A stretch of DNA of 51,260 nucleotides from a candidate division FCPU426 bacterium (GTDB lineage Bacteria > Oederibacteriota > JAJYGY01 > DAIDJD01), in NCBI GenBank assembly GCA_040389285.1, contig JAZKAF010000070.1, forward strand, positions 1 through 51,260, read 5' to 3'. Positions 10,279 to 19,228 of this stretch are shown here, one piece after another. Under the pieces are notes generated by a model. It saw nothing but the letters and a program-made list of their open reading frames with translations. It did not search any database and was not told where the DNA came from. Position 1 is the stretch's first letter. Each line of letters opens with the position of its first letter. The position numbers and the translations under genes were made by a program.

Positions 10279-10800
10279 CTACTCCAATTTCCGCTTAGCC
10301 ATGACCATGATCCCGACCACGGCCACCAGCAGAAGCACGGCTGTGGCCTCCACGGCGAAAAGATAATCCCGGTAGAGCATGCGCCCAAGATTGGCCACGT
10401 TATCCACCCATAAACCAGGCGATCCCTCAGGGGCTCCAGGCGCCAGCGCCGAGGCTATGTGAAAACGATTGGACAAGCCAAAAAAAGCTCCGATGAGGAG
10501 CGATCCAAGCCCGCCCGCCCAGAGCATCGACTTCAAAGACCCGCCCTGGGTCAGTTTTTCAAGTTCGTTCGCGTCAAGGATCATGATGGCGAACACGAAG
10601 AGCACCATCACGGCGCCGCCGTACACCATCACCTGGACCACCGCCAGCAACGGAGCGTTCAACAGCGCATAGATCCCCGAAAGGGCCATCAGATGGGCCA
10701 CGAAGAACAAAGCCGCGTAGACCGTGTGGCGCACGAAGACCACCGCGAGGGCCGAGGCCACCGCGAACGCCGCTAAGGCCGCAAAAAGCAGTCCGTTCAA
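10279..10800 (-). CDS. nuoJ: NADH-quinone oxidoreductase subunit J
   Basis: ND6-like hydrophobic protein. The ORF-track start at 11028 runs through nuoA. I use the in-frame TTG at 10800 (LNGLLFAALAAF...), which overlaps the nuoA TGA. The start codon is uncertain by a few codons. Confidence 0.8.
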   Translation of the reverse strand: MNGLLFAALAAFAVASALAVVFVRHTVYAALFFVAHLMALSGIYALLNAPLLAVVQVMVYGGAVMVLFVFAIMILDANELEKLTQGGSLKSMLWAGGLGSLLIGAFFGLSNRFHIASALAPGAPEGSPGLWVDNVANLGRMLYRDYLFAVEATAVLLLVAVVGIMVMAKRKLE

Positions 10801-11153
10801 TCCCAATCCATGCCTCCACGCCGCCACTCGTAGATCAACCCGAACACGAGGACCGCCAGGAAAACCGCCATGCTGAAAAATCCGAAGGTCTTCAGGTCCG
10901 TTTTGTAGATCATCGCCCAGGGATACATGAAGACCACTTCGATGTCGAAGATCAGGAACAACATCGCCACCATATAGAAGCGGGCGTGAAAACGTCCCTG
11001 ATTCGGGCCGACCGGAAGCGAACCGCACTCGAACGCCTCGTCCTTCACGGGGTTGCGGCGTTTAGGACCCAGCACGGTGGTCAGCGCCAGCATCCCGGCG
11101 AAGTTGCCGGCTACCGCCAGAAAAAAGACCAGGACCGCCAGCGCCGGGCTCAC
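10797..11153 (-). CDS. nuoA: NADH-quinone oxidoreductase subunit A
   Basis: 118 aa ND3/NuoA signature (FECGS...FYMVAMLFLIFDIEVVFMYPWA). The GTG start overlaps the nuoI stop (GTGA). Its position between nuoI and nuoJ is atypical. Confidence 0.88.
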   Translation of the reverse strand: MSPALAVLVFFLAVAGNFAGMLALTTVLGPKRRNPVKDEAFECGSLPVGPNQGRFHARFYMVAMLFLIFDIEVVFMYPWAMIYKTDLKTFGFFSMAVFLAVLVFGLIYEWRRGGMDWD

Positions 11154-11695
11154 GGCCGGCTCCGGGTGATGGCGGTGGCCCCGGAGGGGACCGCATGCGG
11201 ATCCTCGTTGAGCAGGAAATCCTTGTCGTAGATCAGCGCTTTGCGGTCGAAGAACGCCAGATGAAAATCGCCGGTATCCATGCGGATGGCATCTTCAGGG
11301 CAGGCCTCCACGCAGAACCCGCAATAAACGCATTTCGACATGTCGATATCAAAATGCCGCGGCCGCTTTTCAATGGCAGGATCCGGATGCTCTTCCGCCT
11401 CGATGAAGATGCAATCAGCTGGACAGGCCGTGGCGCACATCATGCAGGCCACGCATTTTGGGCTCCCATCTTCGCGCTTGGTAAGGCGGTGCCTGGAGCG
11501 GGCGACCAAAGGAAAGGGACGCCGGACCTCCGGATAGCTGATGGTCACCATGGCATCGCGGTCTTTGGCGAATCCAAGAGAATGCAAAGTATGGATAGCC
11601 ATATTCCTAAAAAAATGGCGCGAGGTCAGGATCAGCCCCATGAATATTTCAGGCAGGTAGAGCCGCTCAAAAAAGGTCATTTTGCTCTGTTTCAT
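11150..11695 (-). CDS. nuoI: NADH-quinone oxidoreductase subunit I (2x[4Fe-4S] ferredoxin-type)
   Basis: Two CxxCxxCxxxCP motifs (CVACMMCATACP, CVYCGFCVEACP). The start is trimmed to ATG 11695 (MKQSKMTFFERL), 7 nt after the nuoH stop. Confidence 0.9.
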   Translation of the reverse strand: MKQSKMTFFERLYLPEIFMGLILTSRHFFRNMAIHTLHSLGFAKDRDAMVTISYPEVRRPFPLVARSRHRLTKREDGSPKCVACMMCATACPADCIFIEAEEHPDPAIEKRPRHFDIDMSKCVYCGFCVEACPEDAIRMDTGDFHLAFFDRKALIYDKDFLLNEDPHAVPSGATAITRSRP

Positions 11696-11702
11696 CAGCC
11701 TC

Positions 11703-12788
11703 TCACAGGTAAAGGATGACGATGGAGGTGATAAAGACGTTCGCAAGGGCTATCGGCAGCATGATCTTCCAGCCCAAGTGCATGATCTGGTCATAACGAA
11801 AACGCGGCAGCGACCAGCGGATCATCATCTGCAGCCAGCAGAGCGCCACGATCTTGAAGGTGAAAGCGGCCGCCTCCAGCGCCACAGCGCCCCAATAGCC
11901 CACATTGAACATAAGCCAATGCGTTTGCCCACCCGTTTCAGGCACCACCAGTCCAGGCAGGTGCCATCCGCCCAAGAACAGCAGGACGATGATCCACGAA
12001 AAGAGCAGGCTCTCGATGAATTCGGCCATCATGAAGAGCATGAACTTCATCCCGGAATATTCGATCGAATAGCCGATGATCTCGCTCTCTCCCTCAGGCA
12101 GATCGAAGGGGATGCGCTTCATCTCGACGATGGTCGCGGTGAAGAACAGCAAAAAACCCACCGGCTGATACAGGATCCCCCAGGCGTGCATCTGCTGCCA
12201 TTCCACCATTTTGCGGAAGTCCAGGGTCTGGTACATCATCAGCGCGCCGAGGATCGTGAGTCCGGTCGCCACTTCATAGGAGATCATCTGGGCCGAAGCG
12301 CGAAGGGCTCCGAGCGTCCCGTACTTGTTGCCGCTCACAAAACCCGAGAGCACCACGCCATAGACCCCGATGGACAGCAAGGCGAACACAAAGAGGACTC
12401 CGACCTGGCTTTCAACAATGCTGAGCGCGACTTTGCCGCCTGAACCCGGCAGGATCACTTCCCCGCCAAAAGGCAGGACCGCGAAGGCCGCCGTGGCCGT
12501 GAAACAAGCTAAAAAGGGCGCGAAGGTATGGAGGAACTTGTTCGCGCCGGGCGGGATAAAATCCTCCTTCATGATGCCCTTAAGCGCGTCGGCCAAGTTA
12601 TGCACTAGGCCCATCAGCCTGAATCCGAAGATGGAGGCGCGATTGGCCCCGATACGATCCTGCATGATCGCGCTTTGCTTGCGTTCGACCCAGGAAAGGA
12701 TTAGCCCCGAGGTCATGACCACCGTCATGACAAAGACCACCTTCGCCATCAGCGCTAGAAATTGGATGATCTCTGGACTCCAAACCAT
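11703..12788 (-). CDS. nuoH: NADH-quinone oxidoreductase subunit H
   Basis: 361 aa ND1-like protein (WVERKQSAIMQDRIGANR, multiple TM segments). It abuts the nuoG stop. Confidence 0.92.
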   Translation of the reverse strand: MVWSPEIIQFLALMAKVVFVMTVVMTSGLILSWVERKQSAIMQDRIGANRASIFGFRLMGLVHNLADALKGIMKEDFIPPGANKFLHTFAPFLACFTATAAFAVLPFGGEVILPGSGGKVALSIVESQVGVLFVFALLSIGVYGVVLSGFVSGNKYGTLGALRASAQMISYEVATGLTILGALMMYQTLDFRKMVEWQQMHAWGILYQPVGFLLFFTATIVEMKRIPFDLPEGESEIIGYSIEYSGMKFMLFMMAEFIESLLFSWIIVLLFLGGWHLPGLVVPETGGQTHWLMFNVGYWGAVALEAAAFTFKIVALCWLQMMIRWSLPRFRYDQIMHLGWKIMLPIALANVFITSIVILYL

Positions 12789-14354
12789 CTAGACAGCCCC
12801 CTGCACCGCGGACAGACCCAACTTGCCCAGCGATCCATGACCCTCTTCTGCGATCCCCTTGTAGCAGGCGATATGCCGGAATATCTCGGCCGCATCCGCT
12901 GCGGGGGCGGCAAGGCCGAACCGTTGCCCGATCAAAAACGCCAGCTCCCAGCCTGTTTTGGAATCCCCAAGGGGTTCCATGGCCTTGTTCACTCGTTGCG
13001 CCCTGCCATGCATATTGGTGAACGACCCCTGCTGTTCGGCATAGACCGCCCTGGAAAGCGACACATGGGCGGCCCGCTCGGTCGGAGTCGAATGGCTGAA
13101 GATCCCGCCAAAAAACTCCAACTTGCCCGACACCACGGCGGCATCTTGCAGCTCATGGTCGATGCAGATCAGGGCCTTGAGGCCTCCGCTGCTGGCTCGA
13201 TCCAACATCGCCTGGGCAGGCCCTGAGATCCCCTGGTCCTGCGCCCCGCGGCTGTTGGGGTTCTTGTCGGCTTTCATCAAATAGCCGTCGGCCTTGCCCG
13301 AGCGCCTGATGTCGTCGCCAAAGGCGACCTGGGTGACGCCCAAGGACTCGGCGAGCCATTTCCATGCCCAAAGTTCCTCATTGGTCATCTGCGGACTGAG
13401 CAGGAACGCCACGCCTTCCTTGCCCTGGTCCATGGCTTTTTTTAATCCGGCCGCCATCCGCTCCAAGGCAAAATCCAGGGTCACCGCCGCGCCCGAGAGG
13501 CCGGCCGATTCCTTCCGGTTCTCATCAAAGGCCTTATAGGAATAACGACCTTCGTCGCAGATCCAAAACTGGTTCACTTCCGCGTTTTCGCGGGGATAGA
13601 TGCGGTACGCCCTCTTGTCGCCCACTTTGTTATAGGGGTTGGTGTTGGTGTTGAGCACGATATTGCAGCCCTGCGCGCAACCCCCACAGACCGTTTCGGT
13701 CTCCTTCAAGAACCAAGGGCGGGACTTGAAGCGGAAATCCTTGTCGGTCAGCGCTCCCACCGGGCAAAGGTCGACGACGTTCCCCGAATAATCGTTGTCG
13801 AGACGCGTGCCTTCGGCAAGGCCGATCTCCTCGGTGGAACCCCTGCCGAAGATCCCGAGTTCATGGGTCTTGGATATCTCGTCGGTAAAACGGACGCAAC
13901 GGGAGCAGAGCACGCAGCGTTCCTTGTCCAGCATCACGTGGGGGCCGATATCCTGGGCCTTCTCTTTTTTGTTCTTTCCCAACGGGAAGCGGGACGGGTT
14001 CCGGTCGTGCGCCATGTAATAATCCTGCAGGTAACATTCTCCGGCGCAATCGCAGATCGGGCAGTCGATGGGATGATTCAAGAGCAGGAACTCCATCACA
14101 CCCTGCCGCGCTTTCTTGACCTTGTCGCTCTCGGTCAGCACGACCATGCCCTCGGCCACGGCGGTGTTGCAGGCGATCTGCAGCTTGGGGGCCTTTTCGA
14201 TCTCGACCAGGCACATGCGGCAATTGCCGGCCACCGATAGGCCCGGATGATAGCAAAAGTGCGGCACCTCAGCGCCAGCCAGTCGCGCCGCCTGGATCAG
14301 GTTGGTACCTGCCGGGGCTTCGATCTCTTTTCCGTTCACGGTGATCTTCGGCAT
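12789..14354 (-). CDS. nuoG: NADH-quinone oxidoreductase subunit G (short 521-aa form)
   Basis: Starts at ATG 14354 (MPKITVNGKEI), overlapping the nuoF stop (ATGA). Contains a 2Fe-2S motif (C-x10-C-x2-C-x13-C), HPIDCPICDCAGEC, CVLCSRCVRF...CPVGAL, and an extra CGGCAQGC...WICDEG motif. The C-terminal molybdopterin-like region is much shorter than in E. coli NuoG. Confidence 0.88.
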   Translation of the reverse strand: MPKITVNGKEIEAPAGTNLIQAARLAGAEVPHFCYHPGLSVAGNCRMCLVEIEKAPKLQIACNTAVAEGMVVLTESDKVKKARQGVMEFLLLNHPIDCPICDCAGECYLQDYYMAHDRNPSRFPLGKNKKEKAQDIGPHVMLDKERCVLCSRCVRFTDEISKTHELGIFGRGSTEEIGLAEGTRLDNDYSGNVVDLCPVGALTDKDFRFKSRPWFLKETETVCGGCAQGCNIVLNTNTNPYNKVGDKRAYRIYPRENAEVNQFWICDEGRYSYKAFDENRKESAGLSGAAVTLDFALERMAAGLKKAMDQGKEGVAFLLSPQMTNEELWAWKWLAESLGVTQVAFGDDIRRSGKADGYLMKADKNPNSRGAQDQGISGPAQAMLDRASSGGLKALICIDHELQDAAVVSGKLEFFGGIFSHSTPTERAAHVSLSRAVYAEQQGSFTNMHGRAQRVNKAMEPLGDSKTGWELAFLIGQRFGLAAPAADAAEIFRHIACYKGIAEEGHGSLGKLGLSAVQGAV

Positions 14355-15664
14355 CAGTGCGCCCCCGCCCCGATTACCGGAGCTTCTTCTTTCCAGCCGG
14401 TGATGCTCATGCGTTTGCCCCTGCGTACGTATTCCTCGAATTCTGGACGGAATTTCTTGATGAAGCTCTCGGCGGGAAACGCCGCCGCATCCGCCAGGAC
14501 GCAAATGGTGTTCCCCACCATGTTCGTCAAGATATCCAGGATCTTGTCGAGGTCACCCGATTCACCGCGTCCGTCAGCGATGTCATGGATCAATTTCGAG
14601 ATCCAGCGCGTGCCTTCGCGGCAGGGCGTGCATTGGCCACAGGACTCGTGGGCATAGAACCTAAGAAGGTTGTCCAGGGCGCGCACCAGCGAGGTGGAAT
14701 CGTCCATGACGATCACCGCGGCCGAACCGAGCATGCTGCCCGCTTTGCCCAGGGAGTCAAAATCCATGCGGACGTCGATCTCGTCAGGCGCCTTCAAGAT
14801 CTTGGCCGACGACCCGCCGGGGATGACCGCCTTGATGGTCCTGCCCGGAAGCGGGCCACCACAATGGTCGTAGAGCAGTTCTTTAAGGGTCACCGAATGG
14901 GGGAGCTCATAAAGCCCCGGACGGCTGATCTGCCCGCTGACGCAATAAAGTTTCGTGCCGCCATTTTTCTCGCAGCCCAATGCGGCCCAAGCTTCGGCGC
15001 CCAAAGTCATGATATGGGGCACGCAAGCCAGGGTTTCCACATTGTTGACGATGGTCGGCTTGCCAAAAAGGCCCTTGATGGCCGGGAAAGGCGGCTTCAG
15101 TTTCGGAAAACCTTTTTTGCCTTCCAACGAGCTGATCAGGCCGGTTTCTTCGCCACAGATGTAGGCGCCAGCTCCGGGATGGGGGCGGCATTCCAGGGCG
15201 AAGGAAGAGCCCATCATCCCCTTGCCAAAGATGCCCTTCGCATAGCATTCATCAATGGCATTCTCGACCGCGCGATAGGCTTTGTAAAATTCCCCGCGGA
15301 TATAGACGTAAGCGGTATGGATGTCCAAAGCGTAGCAGGCGATGGCGATGCCCTCGAGCATCTGATGGGGATCCAGCTCCATCAAAGGGCCATCCTTGAA
15401 GGTCCCAGGCTCGCCTTCATCGGCATTCACGCACATGTATTTGGGGCCGTCGGTCTTCGGCAGAAAGCCCCATTTCACGCCCGCGGGAAATCCGGCGCCG
15501 CCGCGGCCGCGAAGGTTGGCCTTCTTGACCTCTTCGATGATATCCGCGGGCGCCATGCTCAGCGCCTTTTTCAGTCCCGCGTATCCGCCACCCGCGACGT
15601 ATCCGTCATAGCTGGCCGCCGCGGGGTTCTTGAAATTTTTGGTCAGGTAAAGCGGCGTGGCCAT
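14354..15664 (-). CDS. nuoF: NADH-quinone oxidoreductase subunit F (NADH/FMN-binding)
   Basis: 436 aa, with GRGGAGFPAGVKW and ESCGQCTPCREG motifs. ATGA overlap with nuoE. Confidence 0.95.
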   Translation of the reverse strand: MATPLYLTKNFKNPAAASYDGYVAGGGYAGLKKALSMAPADIIEEVKKANLRGRGGAGFPAGVKWGFLPKTDGPKYMCVNADEGEPGTFKDGPLMELDPHQMLEGIAIACYALDIHTAYVYIRGEFYKAYRAVENAIDECYAKGIFGKGMMGSSFALECRPHPGAGAYICGEETGLISSLEGKKGFPKLKPPFPAIKGLFGKPTIVNNVETLACVPHIMTLGAEAWAALGCEKNGGTKLYCVSGQISRPGLYELPHSVTLKELLYDHCGGPLPGRTIKAVIPGGSSAKILKAPDEIDVRMDFDSLGKAGSMLGSAAVIVMDDSTSLVRALDNLLRFYAHESCGQCTPCREGTRWISKLIHDIADGRGESGDLDKILDILTNMVGNTICVLADAAAFPAESFIKKFRPEFEEYVRRGKRMSITGWKEEAPVIGAGAH

Positions 15665-16155
15665 CAGGACACCTTTTCCATGTCATCGATCGCCTTCAGC
15701 ACGCTTTCAGGCGTCAAGTGGGTGAAAACACGCTCTCCGACCTGCATCACGGGGCCCTCGCCGCAACGGGCAAGGCACTCCACTTCTTCGACGCTGAACT
15801 TCCCGTCAGGGCTGACCTCGCCGCCTTTCAGCCCGAGCCGCTTGTTCACGGACGCCATCACGCCTTCGCAGCCCGTCAGCTCGCAAGGAAGCGTGTGGCA
15901 GACCATCAGGTGATTTTTTCCGCGTTTCTTCTCGGAGAGCATCGTGTAAAAGCTCACGACCTCCTGGACCTTCACCACGGGGACGCCCAGATAATCCGCG
16001 ACCGCAGCCTGCGCCTCGGCGGTCAGGAAACCCTGGCCTCCCTTTTCCTGCATCAGATGCAGCAGGGGGATCACCGCGGCCTGGCGCTGGTCGGGCGGAT
16101 AATAAGCGACCAAGATGTCGAACCTTGCACGCAGCTCAGGGGTGATCAAGCTCAT
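15664..16155 (-). CDS. nuoE: NADH-quinone oxidoreductase subunit E (2Fe-2S)
   Basis: Start trimmed to ATG 16155 (MSLITPELRARFD), an ATGA overlap with the nuoD stop. Thioredoxin-like 2Fe-2S cysteines are present (VCHTLPC...ECLARCGEGP). Confidence 0.9.
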   Translation of the reverse strand: MSLITPELRARFDILVAYYPPDQRQAAVIPLLHLMQEKGGQGFLTAEAQAAVADYLGVPVVKVQEVVSFYTMLSEKKRGKNHLMVCHTLPCELTGCEGVMASVNKRLGLKGGEVSPDGKFSVEEVECLARCGEGPVMQVGERVFTHLTPESVLKAIDDMEKVS

Positions 16156-17384
16156 CGGTCCAGCTCCCCGCCGATCATGTTCACCGATCCGAAGATGGGG
16201 ACGATGTCGGCCAGATTTTCTCCCAATACCAGCTCTTCCACCCCCGCAGTGATCGGAAAACAGGGGGGACGCACCCGGACCCGGTAAGGCCTGTCCGTTC
16301 CGTCCGAAATGACCCAAAACCCGAGCTCCCCGTTGCCGCCTTCGACGGCCTGGTAGACCTCGCCCTTCGCAGGCCGTATGCCATGTCCGGGCATCAGCAG
16401 CTTGAAGTGGTTCATCAAGGCTTCGATGTTCGAGTAGACCTCTTTTTTCGGGGGCAAACTGACACGGGGATCCTTGGAACGTATCGGTCCTTCGGGGATC
16501 TCCTTGAGCGCCTGGCGGATGATCCTCAGGCTTTGAAATATCTCCTGGATGCGGACCTGGTAACGGGCGAAGTTGTCGCCCTCGGTCGCGGTCGGCACGA
16601 TGAAATCCATGCGGTCGTAGACCAGATACGGGGCGGCTTTGCGCACATCGTAATTCAAGCCCGAGGCCCGGGCGAAAGGACCGGTCATGCCGTAAGACAT
16701 CACGCGATCCAGTTTCATGACCCCCACGCCCTTCATCCGGTCGATGAAAATGCGGTTCTTCTCCAGCAGGGCCCGCACTTCATCCACGTTTTCCAGGATC
16801 TGGCGTTCGATCCAATCGAAGCGCTCCTCGAAATTCGCGGGCAGATCCCTGACCACGCCGCCGACCCGGGTGTAGGAGATGGTGAGCCGGGCTCCGGTCA
16901 CTTCCTCGATCAATTGCCAGGTATATTCGCGCGCCTTGATGAAATACAGGAACGCGGTCAGCGCGCCGAGCTCCATAGCGGAGGCGCCGATGCAAGTCAG
17001 ATGGTCGCCGATACGGCTCAGCTCGCTCATGATCACGCGGATATACTGGCAGCGCTCGGGCACCTCGATGGCCAGAAGATTTTCAACGGCCAGGGCGTAA
17101 CCGACGTTGTTGATCAGGGGGCTGACGTAATTCAGTCGGTCGGTATAAGGGATCGCCTGATTCCAAGTCTTGTGTTCCACCGTCTTTTCGAAACAGCGGT
17201 GCAGGTAGCCGATCTGCATGTCGGCGCCCACCACCCGTTCGCCGTCCAACTTAAGGACCAGCTTGACCGTGCCGTGCATCGCGGGATGGGAAGGGCCCAT
17301 GTTGATGTACATGGGTTCGATATCGAACTCTTCGGCCTCATCGCGCGGCGAGTCAGGGAATTTATCTTTCAGTTCCATGGGCAT
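16152..17384 (-). CDS. nuoD: NADH-quinone oxidoreductase subunit D
   Basis: 410 aa 49-kDa-subunit homologue (NMGPSHPAMHGT, ERCQYIRVIMSELSRI), separate from nuoC. Confidence 0.95.
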   Translation of the reverse strand: MPMELKDKFPDSPRDEAEEFDIEPMYINMGPSHPAMHGTVKLVLKLDGERVVGADMQIGYLHRCFEKTVEHKTWNQAIPYTDRLNYVSPLINNVGYALAVENLLAIEVPERCQYIRVIMSELSRIGDHLTCIGASAMELGALTAFLYFIKAREYTWQLIEEVTGARLTISYTRVGGVVRDLPANFEERFDWIERQILENVDEVRALLEKNRIFIDRMKGVGVMKLDRVMSYGMTGPFARASGLNYDVRKAAPYLVYDRMDFIVPTATEGDNFARYQVRIQEIFQSLRIIRQALKEIPEGPIRSKDPRVSLPPKKEVYSNIEALMNHFKLLMPGHGIRPAKGEVYQAVEGGNGELGFWVISDGTDRPYRVRVRPPCFPITAGVEELVLGENLADIVPIFGSVNMIGGELDR

Positions 17385-17388
17385 GGCG

Positions 17389-17940
17389 TCAGTCCTTCTC
17401 CCCAGAGTCTAGGCGGTTTCTGACGGCGACAGCTTCGTAATCCACGGCGTTACGCATCGGGATCAGGGGCTGCATTTTCAAGATGGGATAATCTTTGCGA
17501 AGGGGATGTCCGACGAACTCATCGTAAAGCAAAAGCCGCTTCATATACGGGTGTCCCCGAAAGACGATCCCATACATGTCCCAACATTCCCTTTCATACC
17601 AATTCGCGCCAGCGAAGATATGCGAAAGGCTGTCGACCTCAGCTTGCTCGACAGGCAGATAGACCTTCAGCCATGCACGGTGGTTATACTTCGGGGAATA
17701 AAGGTGATAGGACACGCAAAGCGGAAGTTCTTTCGGATCGGAATAAGTGCTGTAATCAGCGCCTCCCAGATCGATCAGCATCTCAAAAGCCAGTTCGGGA
17801 TCCTCACGAAGGACGCCGATACAACTGAGCAAAGCTGACGCAGCAAGGACCATGACTTCCCTGCCGCCCTGTTCCTCGCGACCGGTCAAGCCGGGCCCCA
17901 GCGCCTGGCGCATCTTTTGAAATAGAGGGGATTCTTCCAT
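17389..17940 (-). CDS. nuoC: NADH-quinone oxidoreductase subunit C
   Basis: 183 aa 30-kDa-subunit homologue (ANWYERECWDMYGIVFRGHP). Confidence 0.9.
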   Translation of the reverse strand: MEESPLFQKMRQALGPGLTGREEQGGREVMVLAASALLSCIGVLREDPELAFEMLIDLGGADYSTYSDPKELPLCVSYHLYSPKYNHRAWLKVYLPVEQAEVDSLSHIFAGANWYERECWDMYGIVFRGHPYMKRLLLYDEFVGHPLRKDYPILKMQPLIPMRNAVDYEAVAVRNRLDSGEKD

Positions 17941-17944
17941 AGCC

Positions 17945-18418
17945 CTAGAGGACCGCCTGGCGGGAATTCTGGATGCGTTCCTGAAGTTTCAACAGCGCGT
18001 CGATGACGGTTTCGGGGCGCGGAGGGCAGCCGGGGATGTACATGTCCACTGGAAGAAAACAGTCGATGCCCGGCACCGATCCATAGTTTTGGTAAAAACC
18101 TCCCGACGTCGCACAGACCCCGAAAGCGACCACCCATTTGGGCTCGCACATCTGGTCGTAGACGCGTTTCAAGATAGGGGCCTGTTTATGGGTGATGGTG
18201 CCGACGACCATCAAGAGGTCCGCTTGGCGAGGTGAAAAACGGGGAAAAGCGGCGCCAAAGCGGTCCGTGTCGTAATGGGAAGCCGAAGTGGCCATGAATT
18301 CCATGCCACAGCAGGCCGTGACAAAGGGATATTGGAAAAGGGAGTATTTCCGGGCCCAACCCAATACCTTGTCTAGTTTGGAGGTGACTACCACATCCTG
18401 TAGGGGGTCCCCGGCCAC
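17945..18418 (-). CDS. nuoB: NADH-quinone oxidoreductase subunit B
   Basis: 157 aa PSST homologue with the N2-cluster cysteines (ACCGMEF, GVCATSGG, IPGCPPRP). GTG start preceded by GAGG. Confidence 0.93.
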   Translation of the reverse strand: MAGDPLQDVVVTSKLDKVLGWARKYSLFQYPFVTACCGMEFMATSASHYDTDRFGAAFPRFSPRQADLLMVVGTITHKQAPILKRVYDQMCEPKWVVAFGVCATSGGFYQNYGSVPGIDCFLPVDMYIPGCPPRPETVIDALLKLQERIQNSRQAVL

Positions 18419-18456
18419 GCGCGCCTCGTGAAAATGCTTGTTACCGACGCAGTTTA

Positions 18457-18478
18457 CTTTGTGAAAATTTTCGCAAAG
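18457..18478. promoter_or_regulatory. 22-bp near-perfect palindrome with a CRP/FNR-type half-site layout (TGTGA-N6-TCGCA) at the predicted nuo transcription start
   Basis: The sequence CTTTGTGAAAATTTTCGCAAAG has one mismatch to perfect dyad symmetry. It lies directly downstream of the predicted -10 element in the rnc-nuoB intergenic region. Confidence 0.4.
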
Positions 18479-18485
18479 TTAAAAA

Positions 18486-18514
18486 ATATTAAACGATGCG
18501 ATGGAAAGAATCAA
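18486..18514 (-). promoter_or_regulatory. sigma70-like promoter for the nuo operon
   Basis: On the minus strand: TTGATT (18514-18509), 17-nt spacer, TAATAT (18491-18486). It sits in an AT-rich 105-bp gap upstream of nuoB. Confidence 0.5.
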
Positions 18515-18523
18515 GCGGTTTGC

Positions 18524-19228
18524 CTAGGCATTTTCGAAGCCTTCAAGCGCCTGGGTTGCCCCATCTTGCTCGGCCTCTTTCTTCGTTTTACCCCGCCCCC
18601 GGGCGGCGGTTTTCCCTTCGACCACGACCTCGATCTCGAATTCTTTGGCGTGGTCTGGACCTTTGGTCCTGGTCACCCGGTACTGGGGAGGTTTTTTGTA
18701 GAGCCGCTGAGTGTATTCTTGAAGGCGGCTTTTGGCATCCTGAGTCTTCTGCAGTCCCCGTGACAGAGGGATGGAGCGCAGGCAGCCAAAAATGAACTCC
18801 CTCGCTTCTTTCCATCCGAGATCCAGATAGATCGCTCCCAGGACCGCCTCGAATCCGTCCGCGAGGAGCGCGGCTTTTTCCCTTCCGCCCGTCTGTTCCT
18901 CGCCTTTGCCCATCACCAGGTATTTTCCCAGCTCGAAATGAACGGCAAGATTGGCGAGCGCCGCTTCGGATACCAAGGCTGATTTCCGCCGCGCCAGTTG
19001 GCCTTCGCTGAGGTCAGGATGGGAAAGATAGAGATATTCAGAGACGGCGGCGCCCAGGATAGCGTCACCTAGAAATTCTAATTTTTCATTCGAAATGGTT
19101 TCTGCGGCGTTCTCGTTCAGAACTGAACGGTGGGTCAATGAACGCTCGAAGAGCGCCTTATCCTTCGGCTTGAGCCCAAGGGCCTCGAAAAACTCCTTTA
19201 AGTCTGTGGAGTCGCGACGCTTCGCCAC
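18524..19228 (-). CDS. rnc: ribonuclease III
   Basis: 234 aa, with the RNase III signature NEKLEFLGDAIL and a C-terminal dsRBD (PQYRV...GKTKKEAEQ). The GTG start directly abuts the fabF stop. Confidence 0.93.
   Translation of the reverse strand: MAKRRDSTDLKEFFEALGLKPKDKALFERSLTHRSVLNENAAETISNEKLEFLGDAILGAAVSEYLYLSHPDLSEGQLARRKSALVSEAALANLAVHFELGKYLVMGKGEEQTGGREKAALLADGFEAVLGAIYLDLGWKEAREFIFGCLRSIPLSRGLQKTQDAKSRLQEYTQRLYKKPPQYRVTRTKGPDHAKEFEIEVVVEGKTAARGRGKTKKEAEQDGATQALEGFENA

Noticed and set aside
12789-14354. Short NuoG (521 aa) as a possible truncated pseudogene
   Set aside because: The frame is intact and coupled to nuoF (ATGA) and nuoH. All Fe-S cluster motifs are present, including the extra CxxCxxxC...C set. 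It looks like a naturally short C-terminal domain rather than decay.
14357-15913. 518-aa plus-strand ORF, and similar long ORFs at 16383..17423, 37332..38942, 40360..41424, 41427..42464, 31678..32562 and 5839..6540
   Set aside because: Each is exactly antisense to a strongly supported minus-strand gene (nuoF, nuoD, cimA, ApgM-like, TPR, sucC, nuoN). They have low-complexity R/G/H/D-rich composition and no motifs. This is typical of stop-codon-poor antisense frames in high-GC genomes.
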